A DNA stretch of 28,761 nucleotides from an uncultured Nannocystaceae bacterium (GCA_964451725.1 CAYVJQ010000094.1:1-28761), one strand, 5' to 3'. Counted from the first letter of the stretch, positions 1-8,059 are shown. Numbers and translations: made by a program. The notes: generated by a model not told the origin, from the sequence alone.

Positions 1-3000
1 CCAGCGTGGTTGCCGCCCAGCGTGGTTGCCGCCGGTTTCACCACGGGCTGCTAGATGACGGCTTCGACGACCTGGATGACGGCTTCGACGACCCGGGTGA
101 AGAGGGCGAGATCTCAGCCGATGACGCCTTCACCTTCGAAGACATCTCGGAGGACGAAGACGCCCTCGACGCCGAACTCAAGTCCGGCGAAGTCCAGGCC
201 CAGGGCCAGGTCGGCACGGTCTCGGGTACGGTCCTCAACGCCAAGGGTGAGCCCCTCGCCGGCGTCTATGTCCGAGTCAAAGACGCGAAGTTCGTGGGTC
301 GGACCGGTGTCGACGGCCGCTACGAATTGAACCTGCCCCCGGGCACCCACTCCCTCGAGTTCCAGCTCGACCTCTACAAAGGTGGGGAGGCCAGCGAGGT
401 CACCGTGGTCGCGGGCGAGCGCGCGTCACAGGACGCCGAGCTCGTGCCCCTCGCCGGCTTCATGGAGACCTTCGAGGTCGCCGACGATCTCAACATGGAG
501 GCCGAGGGTGCGCTCCAGGAGGCCCGCAAGGCCAAGACCACCGTCAACGACGGAGTCGACGCCACCGAGATCGGCAAGTCCGGCGGGGGCAAGGTCTCGA
601 GCGTCGCCGTGCGCATCGTCGGCGCGACCGTGGTCGACGAGCGCTACCTCTTCATCCGCGGGCTCGGCCACCGCTACGGCAACACCTTGCTCGATGGCGC
701 CCGCGTGCCCAGCCCCGAGCCCGAGATCCGCACCGTGCCCCTCGACGTGATCCCCTCGGGGGCGCTCGCGGCCATCGACGTGCAAAAGACCTTCTCCCCC
801 GACGTCCCCGGCGACTTCGTGGGCGGCTCGGTCCAGTTCGTGACCCGCGACGCACCCGACGACCCCACCTTCAACGTCAAGGTCGGCGCCGGCATCAATA
901 CCAACACCAGCTTTCAGCCCATGCTGACCCACGCCGGCTACGCGGGCTACGACCTGCTGGCCATGGGCAACATCCCCCGGGCCCTCCCCTCCCTGCTCTC
1001 GGGTGATCGACGGGTCGGCCGCGGCCAGGGGACTCCCGCAGACATCGAGGCTGAGGGCAGGGCCCTCGACACCCGCACCCGGGTCATGCGCGGGGCCCGG
1101 GCTCCCGCCAACCTCGGGCTCGGGCTCACCGCCGGCGACAGCTGGAGCCTCAACGACAACGGCGGCAAGTTCGGGCTCCTGTTCGCCGGCGGCTACAAGA
1201 ACAAACACCGGACGACCCACGAGCTCGTACGCCAGTACAGCTCCGACAACGAAGCGCTCACCCTCAACGACCCCCAGGTCGCCCTCGAATCGACCAAGAC
1301 CGTATACACGACCAGCTACAATGGTCTGCTCAAGTTTCAGCTCCACGCCAACTCGAACAACCGCTGGGACCTGACCGGATTCTACTCGCGCGAGGGCCAA
1401 GACGAGACCCGCGACATGTACGGCACCGCCCGCGGCGTCGCGGGCCTCGACACCCTCAACTACACACGCCTGCGCTACGTCATGCGCTCGATCGCCTCGG
1501 CCCAGCTCAAGGGTCGACACAAGATCCCTCGAGCCGGAAACCTGCGTATCGAGTACTTCGCCAGCTACGCCCGCGCCCGGCGAGAAGACCCGGCCATGCG
1601 CGAGATGCTGTTTCGATACAAAGATCAGATCTACACCATCGACCAAAGCAACGGCCCGACCGGTTCCCAGCTGTTTTTGGACCTGGTCGACGACAACCAG
1701 AACCTGGCGCTCGACCTGAGCGCCCCCTTTCGCCAGTGGCGGGGCCTCGACGCCCAGTTCAAGTTCGGCGCGTGGTTCGACGCCAAGCAGCGCGATTTTG
1801 GGGCCCGCCGCTACGATTTCGCCTACGCCACCGACGTCGATGTCCCCAGTGGTCGGGACAACCCCATCAACGACGGCTCCATCGGTGGCAACATCAACGA
1901 AGCGAACGGCGGCACCCGCCCATTCACGCTCTGGGATCGGACCCGGCCCCAAGACAACTATACAGCCTGGTCCCGAAATGTGGCCGCCTACGCCATGCTC
2001 GACCTTCCCTTCGCGCGCTGGCTCAAAATCTCGGGCGGCGCTCGCCTCGAATCAAACCTGATCTCGGTCGACCCTTTCGACCCTTTCGACCCTTTGGCCG
2101 CGGTCGATGACCCGACCCTCCAAGGAGCCCGACTCGCCGACCTCGACGTCCTGCCCTCCGCCTCGTTGATCGTCTCTCCCGCCCTCCCCGAGGGCCGCGG
2201 CGACCTCAACATTCGGCTCACCGGCAGCCGCACCGTCGCCCGCCCCGAGTTCCGCGAGCTCGCCCCCTTCCAGTTCCAAGACTACGTGGGTGGGTTCACC
2301 AAACAAGGTTTCGAGGGCCTGCGCTCGACCAAGGTCTGGAACGCAGACCTGCGCCTGGAGTGGTTCCCGCGCGAATCCGAGGTCGTCGCCCTCAGCGGAT
2401 TCTTCAAGCACTTCAAAGACCCCATCGAAGAGGTCATCGGCGCGACCACCAACCCCACCTCTTCGTTCGCCAACGTCCTGACCGCCTACAACGGCGGCGT
2501 CGAGATCGAGTTCCAAAAGCGCCTCGACTTCCTCGCGTCCAGGGACAAGGTCCGCGCCCGCGCGGTCCTCCGCGACTTCTCGTTCGGGGCAAACTTCGCC
2601 TATATCTACTCCCGCGTGAGCCTGGCCGCGCCCTGTTACTCCCCCGAGCAGGGCCGCCCCACCGACCCGGAGGGCAACCCTCGGCCCAACTATGTCGAAC
2701 GAGACGGCTGCCGCGACCCCTACCAGGTCTCGACAAGTCGGGCGCGCCCCCTCCAGGGTCAGTCCCCGTGGATCGCCAACGCCTTTATCGACTACGAAAA
2801 CAGCGACACCGGCACGAATGTCAGGCTCATGTACAACGCCGTCGGCCCCTACATCGCCCAGGTCAGCGGCCTGGGTCTGCCCGATCTCATTCGGCAGCCC
2901 ATGCATGTCGTCGACGTCACCGCCTCCCAGCGCCTGCTCTCCTACAAGCGCAACGAGTGGGGCGACCTCCGCAACCAGCTGCTGTTGAGCCTCCAGGTCG

Positions 3001-3104
3001 CCAACGCGCTCAACACCCCCGAGCTGCGCACCCAAGGTGGCACAACCACCTACCGGACCCGCCGGGGCGTCGACATCACGATCGGGCTCGAGTGGAAGTA
3101 CTGA
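1..3104 (+). CDS. TonB-dependent outer-membrane receptor (Oar-like, with a carboxypeptidase-regulatory-like N-domain). The 5' end probably lies outside the window.
   Basis: ORF 6..3104 stays open in the same frame back to the window edge, and no signal peptide is seen. A CarboxypepD_reg-like segment is present (GTVLNAKGEPLAGVYVRVKD...GRTGVDGRYELNLPPGTHSLEF). Plug-domain motifs are present (YLFIRGLGHRYGNTLLDGARVPSPEP, DVIPSGALAAIDVQKTFSPDVPGDFVGGSVQFVTR). A long beta-rich barrel region ends in an aromatic residue (..IGLEWKY). Confidence 0.85.
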   Translation, partial: SVVAAQRGCRRFHHGLLDDGFDDLDDGFDDPGEEGEISADDAFTFEDISEDEDALDAELKSGEVQAQGQVGTVSGTVLNAKGEPLAGVYVRVKDAKFVGRTGVDGRYELNLPPGTHSLEFQLDLYKGGEASEVTVVAGERASQDAELVPLAGFMETFEVADDLNMEAEGALQEARKAKTTVNDGVDATEIGKSGGGKVSSVAVRIVGATVVDERYLFIRGLGHRYGNTLLDGARVPSPEPEIRTVPLDVIPSGALAAIDVQKTFSPDVPGDFVGGSVQFVTRDAPDDPTFNVKVGAGINTNTSFQPMLTHAGYAGYDLLAMGNIPRALPSLLSGDRRVGRGQGTPADIEAEGRALDTRTRVMRGARAPANLGLGLTAGDSWSLNDNGGKFGLLFAGGYKNKHRTTHELVRQYSSDNEALTLNDPQVALESTKTVYTTSYNGLLKFQLHANSNNRWDLTGFYSREGQDETRDMYGTARGVAGLDTLNYTRLRYVMRSIASAQLKGRHKIPRAGNLRIEYFASYARARREDPAMREMLFRYKDQIYTIDQSNGPTGSQLFLDLVDDNQNLALDLSAPFRQWRGLDAQFKFGAWFDAKQRDFGARRYDFAYATDVDVPSGRDNPINDGSIGGNINEANGGTRPFTLWDRTRPQDNYTAWSRNVAAYAMLDLPFARWLKISGGARLESNLISVDPFDPFDPLAAVDDPTLQGARLADLDVLPSASLIVSPALPEGRGDLNIRLTGSRTVARPEFRELAPFQFQDYVGGFTKQGFEGLRSTKVWNADLRLEWFPRESEVVALSGFFKHFKDPIEEVIGATTNPTSSFANVLTAYNGGVEIEFQKRLDFLASRDKVRARAVLRDFSFGANFAYIYSRVSLAAPCYSPEQGRPTDPEGNPRPNYVERDGCRDPYQVSTSRARPLQGQSPWIANAFIDYENSDTGTNVRLMYNAVGPYIAQVSGLGLPDLIRQPMHVVDVTASQRLLSYKRNEWGDLRNQLLLSLQVANALNTPELRTQGGTTTYRTRRGVDITIGLEWKY

Positions 3105-3211
3105 GCGCGCTCCGCCTGCCGCGCGAGCTCAGTGTCACACAAGCTTCGCATTGCTGGGCGCCAACCGTCACAGACGACGGGTACGAGCACGGCTGAGGAG
3201 ACTTCATCATC

Positions 3212-4540
3212 ATGAAACGACTTCCCTTGTTCCTGGCTCTGTGTGGCCTCTCGTCCTTCGCGCTCACCGCTTGCACCGACGATGGCGGCGCTGAATCCGA
3301 CACCGACGGCGCGACCGAGTCCGCCGACACCGCCGACACCGCCGATACTGCCGATACCGGCGCCGGACAGACCGTCGACGTCACCGGCGACATCAATGAA
3401 GACACGACCTGGACCAGCGACAACACCTACGTGCTCGCTGGCGACACGCTCATCTTCGTCAACGGCGCTGTGCTCACCATCGAGCCCGGCACCACCATCA
3501 TCGGCCTGGCCGGCTCGGGCCTGGTGATCGAAAAGGATGCGCGCATCGAGGCCACCGGCACCGCCGAGGCCCCGATCGTGTTCACCTCCTTCGACGACCA
3601 AAACCCCTCTCCGGGTGACTGGGGTGGGCTCGTGCTCCTGGGCTCGGCGCGCATCAACATCCAGGGCGGCGTCGGCCAGGCCGAAGGCTTCCCCGTGCCC
3701 CCGACCTACGGCGGCACCGACGACACCCACAACTGCGGCACGCTCCAGTATGTGCGGGTCGAGTACGCCGGCTTCGCCATCTCCGACGGCAACGAGCTCA
3801 ACGGCATCACCTTCTACGCCTGCGGCTCCGCGACCACCGTCGACCACGTCCAGTCCCACATGGGCCTCGACGACGGTGTCGAGATGTTCGGTGGCACCTT
3901 CGACATCGACCACCTCGTGGTCACCGGCGCCTCCGACGACTCCGTGGACGTCGACCAGGGCTTCCGTGGTCGGTTGACCAACATCTTCATTCACCAGAGC
4001 GACTCCGTGGGTGACAACTGCTTCGAGGTCTCCAACCAAGGCACGGACTTCAGCGCCACGCCCAAGACCAACCCGGAGATCTGCAACGCGACCTGCATCG
4101 GCTCGGGCGCGAGCGGTGGGAAGAGCAAGGGCATCACCGTCAAAGAGGGCACCAACGGCAGCTGGCACGCCAGCATCTTCACCAACGTGACCAACGAGGC
4201 CACCTTGCTCGCCGACGAGGCCAGCGCGGTCGAGGCCGCCGCCGACAACATCGTCATCGCCAACAGCATCTTCTTCGGCAACCTCGGTGACCCCCAACAC
4301 AACTCGGGCGCCGACAGCCTCGACAGCGCCGGCTGGGCCGCGTGGATCGAGGACGCCCCGCGTGCCAACCTCAGCGCCGACCCGGGCCTGACCAGCACCT
4401 CCTGGGGCAGCCCCGACATCACCCCCGCGGGCGATGTCTCCGGTGACGGGAGTGGCTGCGGTGGGACCGACTACATCGGCGCGGTCGACCCGGCCGGCGA
4501 CAACTGGACCGCCGCCAGCTGGATCAACTACAGCCCCTGA
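3212..4540 (+). CDS. Secreted lipoprotein with a probable parallel beta-helix-like domain. It is the partner of the upstream TonB receptor.
   Basis: ATG is preceded by GAGGAG. The signal peptide carries a lipobox (MKRLPLFLALCGLSSFALTAC) followed by an acidic TDDGGAESDTDGATESADTADTADTADT linker. The motif TWTSDNTYVLAGDTLIFVNGAVLTIEPGTTIIG...IEATGTAEAPIVFTS is typical of beta-helix surface proteins. The gene sits 107 nt downstream of the receptor on the same strand. Confidence 0.8.
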   Translation: MKRLPLFLALCGLSSFALTACTDDGGAESDTDGATESADTADTADTADTGAGQTVDVTGDINEDTTWTSDNTYVLAGDTLIFVNGAVLTIEPGTTIIGLAGSGLVIEKDARIEATGTAEAPIVFTSFDDQNPSPGDWGGLVLLGSARINIQGGVGQAEGFPVPPTYGGTDDTHNCGTLQYVRVEYAGFAISDGNELNGITFYACGSATTVDHVQSHMGLDDGVEMFGGTFDIDHLVVTGASDDSVDVDQGFRGRLTNIFIHQSDSVGDNCFEVSNQGTDFSATPKTNPEICNATCIGSGASGGKSKGITVKEGTNGSWHASIFTNVTNEATLLADEASAVEAAADNIVIANSIFFGNLGDPQHNSGADSLDSAGWAAWIEDAPRANLSADPGLTSTSWGSPDITPAGDVSGDGSGCGGTDYIGAVDPAGDNWTAASWINYSP

Positions 4541-4545
4541 GTGGG

Positions 4546-4621
4546 CGTGGGCTCCCACGGGAGCCCACGGGGAACGGAGAAGGGCGAGGTGTAATACACC
4601 TCGCCCTTCTCCGTTCCCCGT
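4546..4621 (+). terminator. Tandem GC-rich hairpins downstream of the lipoprotein gene. They are terminator-like but have no U-tract.
   Basis: Hairpin 1 spans 4546-4569 (10-bp stem, gtgggctcc/ggagcccac, loop cacg). Hairpin 2 is a perfect 55-nt palindrome at 4567-4621, verified base by base and centred on 4594. Both begin within 30 nt of the stop codon at 4538-4540. Confidence 0.5.
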
Positions 4622-4663
4622 CTCCGACATGTATGGACTGGATACAAGGTGCCCCTCGGGTGG

Positions 4664-4765
4664 CAGCAGCGACACCGGACCCAGAAATTCTCACTCTCGG
4701 GGACGGTGGTCGGTCTCCAGGGGACCCCCCGAGCCCGAGCAACGAAGCGGAGGGAGACCTCGGCC
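4664..4765 (+). pseudogene. Decayed, frameshifted copy of an internal segment of the lipoprotein gene at 8060..9916. This is the left copy of a direct repeat.
   Basis: The core 4688-4723 (ttctcactctcggggacggtggtcggtctccagggg) matches 8264-8299 at 34 of 36 positions. Weaker similarity with 1-nt indels extends about 25 nt upstream and about 45 nt downstream. It translates to ..FSLSGTVVGLQG.., the same peptide as residues about 69-80 of the 8060 gene. There is no start codon and no signal peptide. Confidence 0.6.
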
Positions 4766-4972
4766 TTTCCTTTTGGCACTGCACCAACGACGACGAAGTG
4801 CCCATTAGAGCAGACCAAAAGCCCCCCCCCTGGCCCAAGGGCCCAATCTCCCGAATTGGTCCCATGTACGGGCGGAGTGTCCACGTCATTCATTTCCGAG
4901 CCAGGTCATATTTAAATCGTGAATATAAATTGGCATTGACAGTCCCACATCGGGACCCTGCCTCATCTCGCA

Positions 4973-5608
4973 ATGGAATCTAAACATATCATTCGACAAG
5001 GCGAGAGCCTACAAAGCATTGCCTTCTCACTAGGGTTCTCGCCCGAGACGATTTGGGATGACCCAAACAATCAAGCCCTACGAGAGACTCGCCCCAACCC
5101 TGACGCGCTGCTCCCCGGTGATTCATTGTACATCCCGAGCCCCGCTCAGAAACACGTAGCCGCGATGACGGACCAACGCCATGTCTTTCGTCGACGCGGC
5201 GTTCCAGCACACCTCGACATTCGGCTCTGCAATCAGGACGGCACCCCTATCGTCGACGTGCCCTGCATACTACGAGTCGATGGTGTTGCCCGTGAGATCG
5301 TCACCGACGACGATGGATTCCTGCGAACCACGGTCTCGCCCGGCGCGAAGCAGGCCACGCTCGTCGTCGATGTCGATGGTGATGAGCTCGTGCTGGCGAT
5401 CGGCCACCTCGATCCGAGCGTGGAGATCAGTGGGGCTCAGGGACGCCTACGCAACCTCGGGCTGTACTCTGGAGCAATCCATGGAGAACTGGATGCGGCC
5501 ACCCGTGAGGCGCTGATCGTTTTCCAGCGCCGACAGAGCTTGGAGGAGAGCGCCGTGCTCGACGCGCAAACGGCCCTCGCATTGCGCGATCTCCACGAAA
5601 CAAGGTGA
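4973..5608 (+). CDS. LysM + PG_binding_1 two-domain peptidoglycan-binding protein with no signal peptide
   Basis: An N-terminal LysM pattern is present (HIIRQGESLQSIAFSLGFSPETIWDDPNNQALRETRPNPDALLPGDSLYIP). A C-terminal PG_binding_1 pattern is present (GAQGRLRNLGLYSGAIHGELDAATREALIVFQRRQSLEESAVLDAQTALALRDL). A beta-rich middle segment lies between them. GC is lower than in the flanks. The N-terminus (MESKHIIRQ) is not hydrophobic. Confidence 0.8.
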   Translation: MESKHIIRQGESLQSIAFSLGFSPETIWDDPNNQALRETRPNPDALLPGDSLYIPSPAQKHVAAMTDQRHVFRRRGVPAHLDIRLCNQDGTPIVDVPCILRVDGVAREIVTDDDGFLRTTVSPGAKQATLVVDVDGDELVLAIGHLDPSVEISGAQGRLRNLGLYSGAIHGELDAATREALIVFQRRQSLEESAVLDAQTALALRDLHETR

Positions 5609-5616
5609 GGATCTAG

Positions 5617-7878
5617 ATGCCCGAAATATTCCTGATCAGAATGTCAATTCTCGACGACCGTTTCGAAGTTTTATCGATGGAGGTCCATCTTGATAAGCCA
5701 GGCCACACGCAAGAGTGCATCCAGCTTACAGGAGGCGACCAGCTTACAGGAGGCGGCCGCTGGCGGTGGCTTTCGATCGTCACATTACCATGCAGAATTG
5801 TCGCAGTCCTCAAGGTAGTCGCGAAAGAAGGAAAAGATAGCACTTCCGTATTCTATTCACGTATAATATTTTCATCCTCGCTGGCGATCACGGAGAAAGG
5901 CGAAGGATTCCGCGAATTCGAACCAGGCGAGCTGCTCACCTATGGTCTTGGTGACTCCCCTGATACAATCAGGGGCTATCCAAAAGACTCGTTCGAGTTT
6001 GAGATGGAAATCCTGCCATCCGTACGAGTCGATCTTAGAGTCGACAGACTGAATAACTGTAGAACTATACCCCAATTCAAGTCAAAACGGATCACTGAGG
6101 AGACGAGTAGCCTGCCCTATCCCATGCACCTTAGCCAACCCAACACAATTTCAACAGACCGACCGATCTACATATGCCAGCCTGGCGATCATTCGGGCGA
6201 CACTTGGGCGATCGCGGCCGCCCTGATTCTGAACTCTCGGCTGAGGCTGATTATAACCACCCGACCCGGGAGCGGCAGCACGACAAATACTCGCCAGCGC
6301 ATCGTGTTCACCGGGTTTTCGAGCAAGTGCGACAAGATTACACCCAACGACATCCAGACACTTCGCGTCGACTCCGATAATCTCTCCTGCAATCTCGGTA
6401 CCAACATAAACGAAAATCCAGACTGCGAGTTCGAAGGTCTCGTCAATGTCACCCTTACTGCGGTGCTCGAAGTAAGGGGTGATTCACCCCTTACTTCCAC
6501 GGACCAGTACATCCTGCAGAAAACCTCGAAGCCATTTCCACCCAAAACATCTGGCGGTTCGATCGTTCTACATCTCGAGGCCACCCATCCCACTAAACGG
6601 ACATTGACCAACAACAAGCGGAGAAAGACACCCGACAAGCCCATTCCCAACATCAAAGTGACCCTGACCTATGAGGTCCGCGATACAAGTTTCACTTCCC
6701 AACTCGCTCTAGATACGATCTCGAAGTTTCTTTTGAAGTTCAACCAGGCGACTGAGTTCTACAGTGCCATCGGTATCGAACGTACGCGCATCAAGGTTAT
6801 CAAAGATGTCGAGGCTGGCCGAAACTGGACAGAGTCCTTCAATATGGGGATAAAACATCTCAACGGTAAGGGACGGGGAACACGGCAGTACGGCATGACA
6901 TGGGCGTCGACATCGATCATCATGGATGCGGCTGAACGCAATGGAATCCACCATGCCCAAGAACGGATGCGCACTGCATTCACGACCGGTCTGAGCGCGA
7001 TCACAGAAAACTATATTAATCTAAAACTGAATTTCATCGACCTCGACTGCAAGTACCTGTTCGTCAACATGCGATACGCGACACACAACAAGGAACACAA
7101 CATCGCCAGTTCAACATATGATCAAATTCTAAAACATGCTCGCAGGTTCGGCCGCAAAGTCGTCCGTGTAGGCATCCCCCAAGTGCGCAGCCAGCGCACG
7201 GGGCGCGACTGGATGAGAGCGCTGAAGGAACCGGCAATCGACATCTACGATGTCAACCAGACTGACTCCGATTCTCCCATTGAAGTCGACATGCGTCGCA
7301 CAGCCTATTTTTGGAAACGAGTCGCCGACCTTGGAAACATCTGGGTGATCGGCGGACGCAGCGGATCACTCGACATTGCATGTTTCATGGGGGTGCGTGG
7401 GTTCTCATGGGACATCATCGCGCGACCGATCGGCGTGGAACAGACGGAGTATGCCAGGCTGTGGATGGCTCATCCATTTATGTCGGTTGGTAGCCTGAGG
7501 CAGGACCGCTCGGACAGTAAACCTCTGTTGGACAGTGCCCCTCTGCTAGCATGGCTCGGCGGCCTCGACGTCATTCCATCCAGCCGCCCCCCGGACCTGC
7601 CTTTCCAGTTGGTCGAGACCGCCGCCGCCGCCCACAAAAGGCACCCCAACCTGAAGCACAATCTACTGTTTGGTCATCTCGACTACCTACTCGATGTGGG
7701 GCCGAAGCTGGACCGGGACCGGGAGCAGAAGCGGAAGCGGGAGCAGGAGCAGGAGCAGGAGCCGCAGAAGCAGGAGCAGAGGCAGAGGCAGAAGCAGAGG
7801 CAGAGGCAGAGGCAGAGGCAGAGGCAGAAGCCGAAGCCGCTAGCAACCCAGCCCAAACGCAAACCCAACGACTCCTAG
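5617..7878 (+). CDS. 753-aa orphan protein of unknown function encoded by low-GC DNA. It may have a Rossmann/GT-B-like C-terminal region and carries a charged QR/QE repeat tail.
   Basis: A 2.26-kb open frame in roughly 47-60% GC DNA is very unlikely to arise by chance. The ATG lies 5 nt after a GAGGA element that overlaps the stop codon of the upstream gene, which indicates translational coupling. I recognise no family with confidence. The start could instead be the internal Met codon at 5641 or 5677. Confidence 0.75.
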   Translation: MPEIFLIRMSILDDRFEVLSMEVHLDKPGHTQECIQLTGGDQLTGGGRWRWLSIVTLPCRIVAVLKVVAKEGKDSTSVFYSRIIFSSSLAITEKGEGFREFEPGELLTYGLGDSPDTIRGYPKDSFEFEMEILPSVRVDLRVDRLNNCRTIPQFKSKRITEETSSLPYPMHLSQPNTISTDRPIYICQPGDHSGDTWAIAAALILNSRLRLIITTRPGSGSTTNTRQRIVFTGFSSKCDKITPNDIQTLRVDSDNLSCNLGTNINENPDCEFEGLVNVTLTAVLEVRGDSPLTSTDQYILQKTSKPFPPKTSGGSIVLHLEATHPTKRTLTNNKRRKTPDKPIPNIKVTLTYEVRDTSFTSQLALDTISKFLLKFNQATEFYSAIGIERTRIKVIKDVEAGRNWTESFNMGIKHLNGKGRGTRQYGMTWASTSIIMDAAERNGIHHAQERMRTAFTTGLSAITENYINLKLNFIDLDCKYLFVNMRYATHNKEHNIASSTYDQILKHARRFGRKVVRVGIPQVRSQRTGRDWMRALKEPAIDIYDVNQTDSDSPIEVDMRRTAYFWKRVADLGNIWVIGGRSGSLDIACFMGVRGFSWDIIARPIGVEQTEYARLWMAHPFMSVGSLRQDRSDSKPLLDSAPLLAWLGGLDVIPSSRPPDLPFQLVETAAAAHKRHPNLKHNLLFGHLDYLLDVGPKLDRDREQKRKREQEQEQEPQKQEQRQRQKQRQRQRQRQRQKPKPLATQPKRKPNDS
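7741..7836 (+). repeat. Hexanucleotide-period purine-rich microsatellite (GAGCAG/CAGAGG/CAGAAG units, about 16 units) inside the 3' end of the 753-aa CDS
   Basis: Units were read directly from the sequence: gagcag x3, gagccg, cagaag, caggag, cagagg x2, cagaag, cagagg x5, cagaag, ccgaag. They encode EQEQEQEPQKQEQRQRQKQRQRQRQRQRQKPK. Confidence 0.9.
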
Positions 7879-7896
7879 CCTGGCAGCCCGGACCAT

Positions 7897-7938
7897 CGAT
7901 ATCGCCACAGCCCCCTCGTTCGGGCGTCGGCGATATCG
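7897..7938 (+). terminator. Inverted repeat (10-bp stem, 22-nt loop) about 20 nt after the stop of the 753-aa CDS. It may be a terminator or an operator.
   Basis: cgatatcgcc (7897-7906) pairs with ggcgatatcg (7929-7938). Each arm contains the 8-bp palindrome CGATATCG. Confidence 0.3.
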
Positions 7939-8059
7939 GAGTCACAGCTCATCAGCCTGCGCCGGGCAGGACCCACCGACGACGATGGTCGTGGGCGCAA
8001 CCCGGGGTAATCGTTCGCCCGAGGGTCGACCCTGCCCCGCGAGCGTGGGACGATGACCG

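Noticed and set aside
3050-4675. 541-aa minus-strand ORF, and similar long ORFs at 426..1952(-), 2052..3035(-), 13105..14961(-), 17601..19253(-) and 19147..20265(-)
   Set aside because: They lie antisense to, or out of frame with, genes that have clear family motifs. They are rich in Gly/Ala/Arg/Val, as expected for shadow ORFs in roughly 70% GC DNA, and show no recognisable motifs.
4774-4790. Sigma-54 -24-like element TGGCAC (4774-4779), and TGGCAT at 4931-4936
   Set aside because: No GC or TTGC -12 element occurs at the required spacing in either case.
4924-4941. TATAAA (-10-like) and TTGACA (-35-like) hexamers upstream of the LysM gene
   Set aside because: They are in the wrong order and spacing to form one sigma-70 promoter, and neither has a convincing partner hexamer at 16-18 nt. 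I note the stretch only as an AT-rich putative promoter region.
7741-7836. Possibility that the regular repeats here and at 11986-12036, 19000-19140 and 19340-19510 are CRISPR arrays
   Set aside because: The periods are 6-18 nt with no unique spacers. These are microsatellites or coding low-complexity repeats. There are no cas genes.
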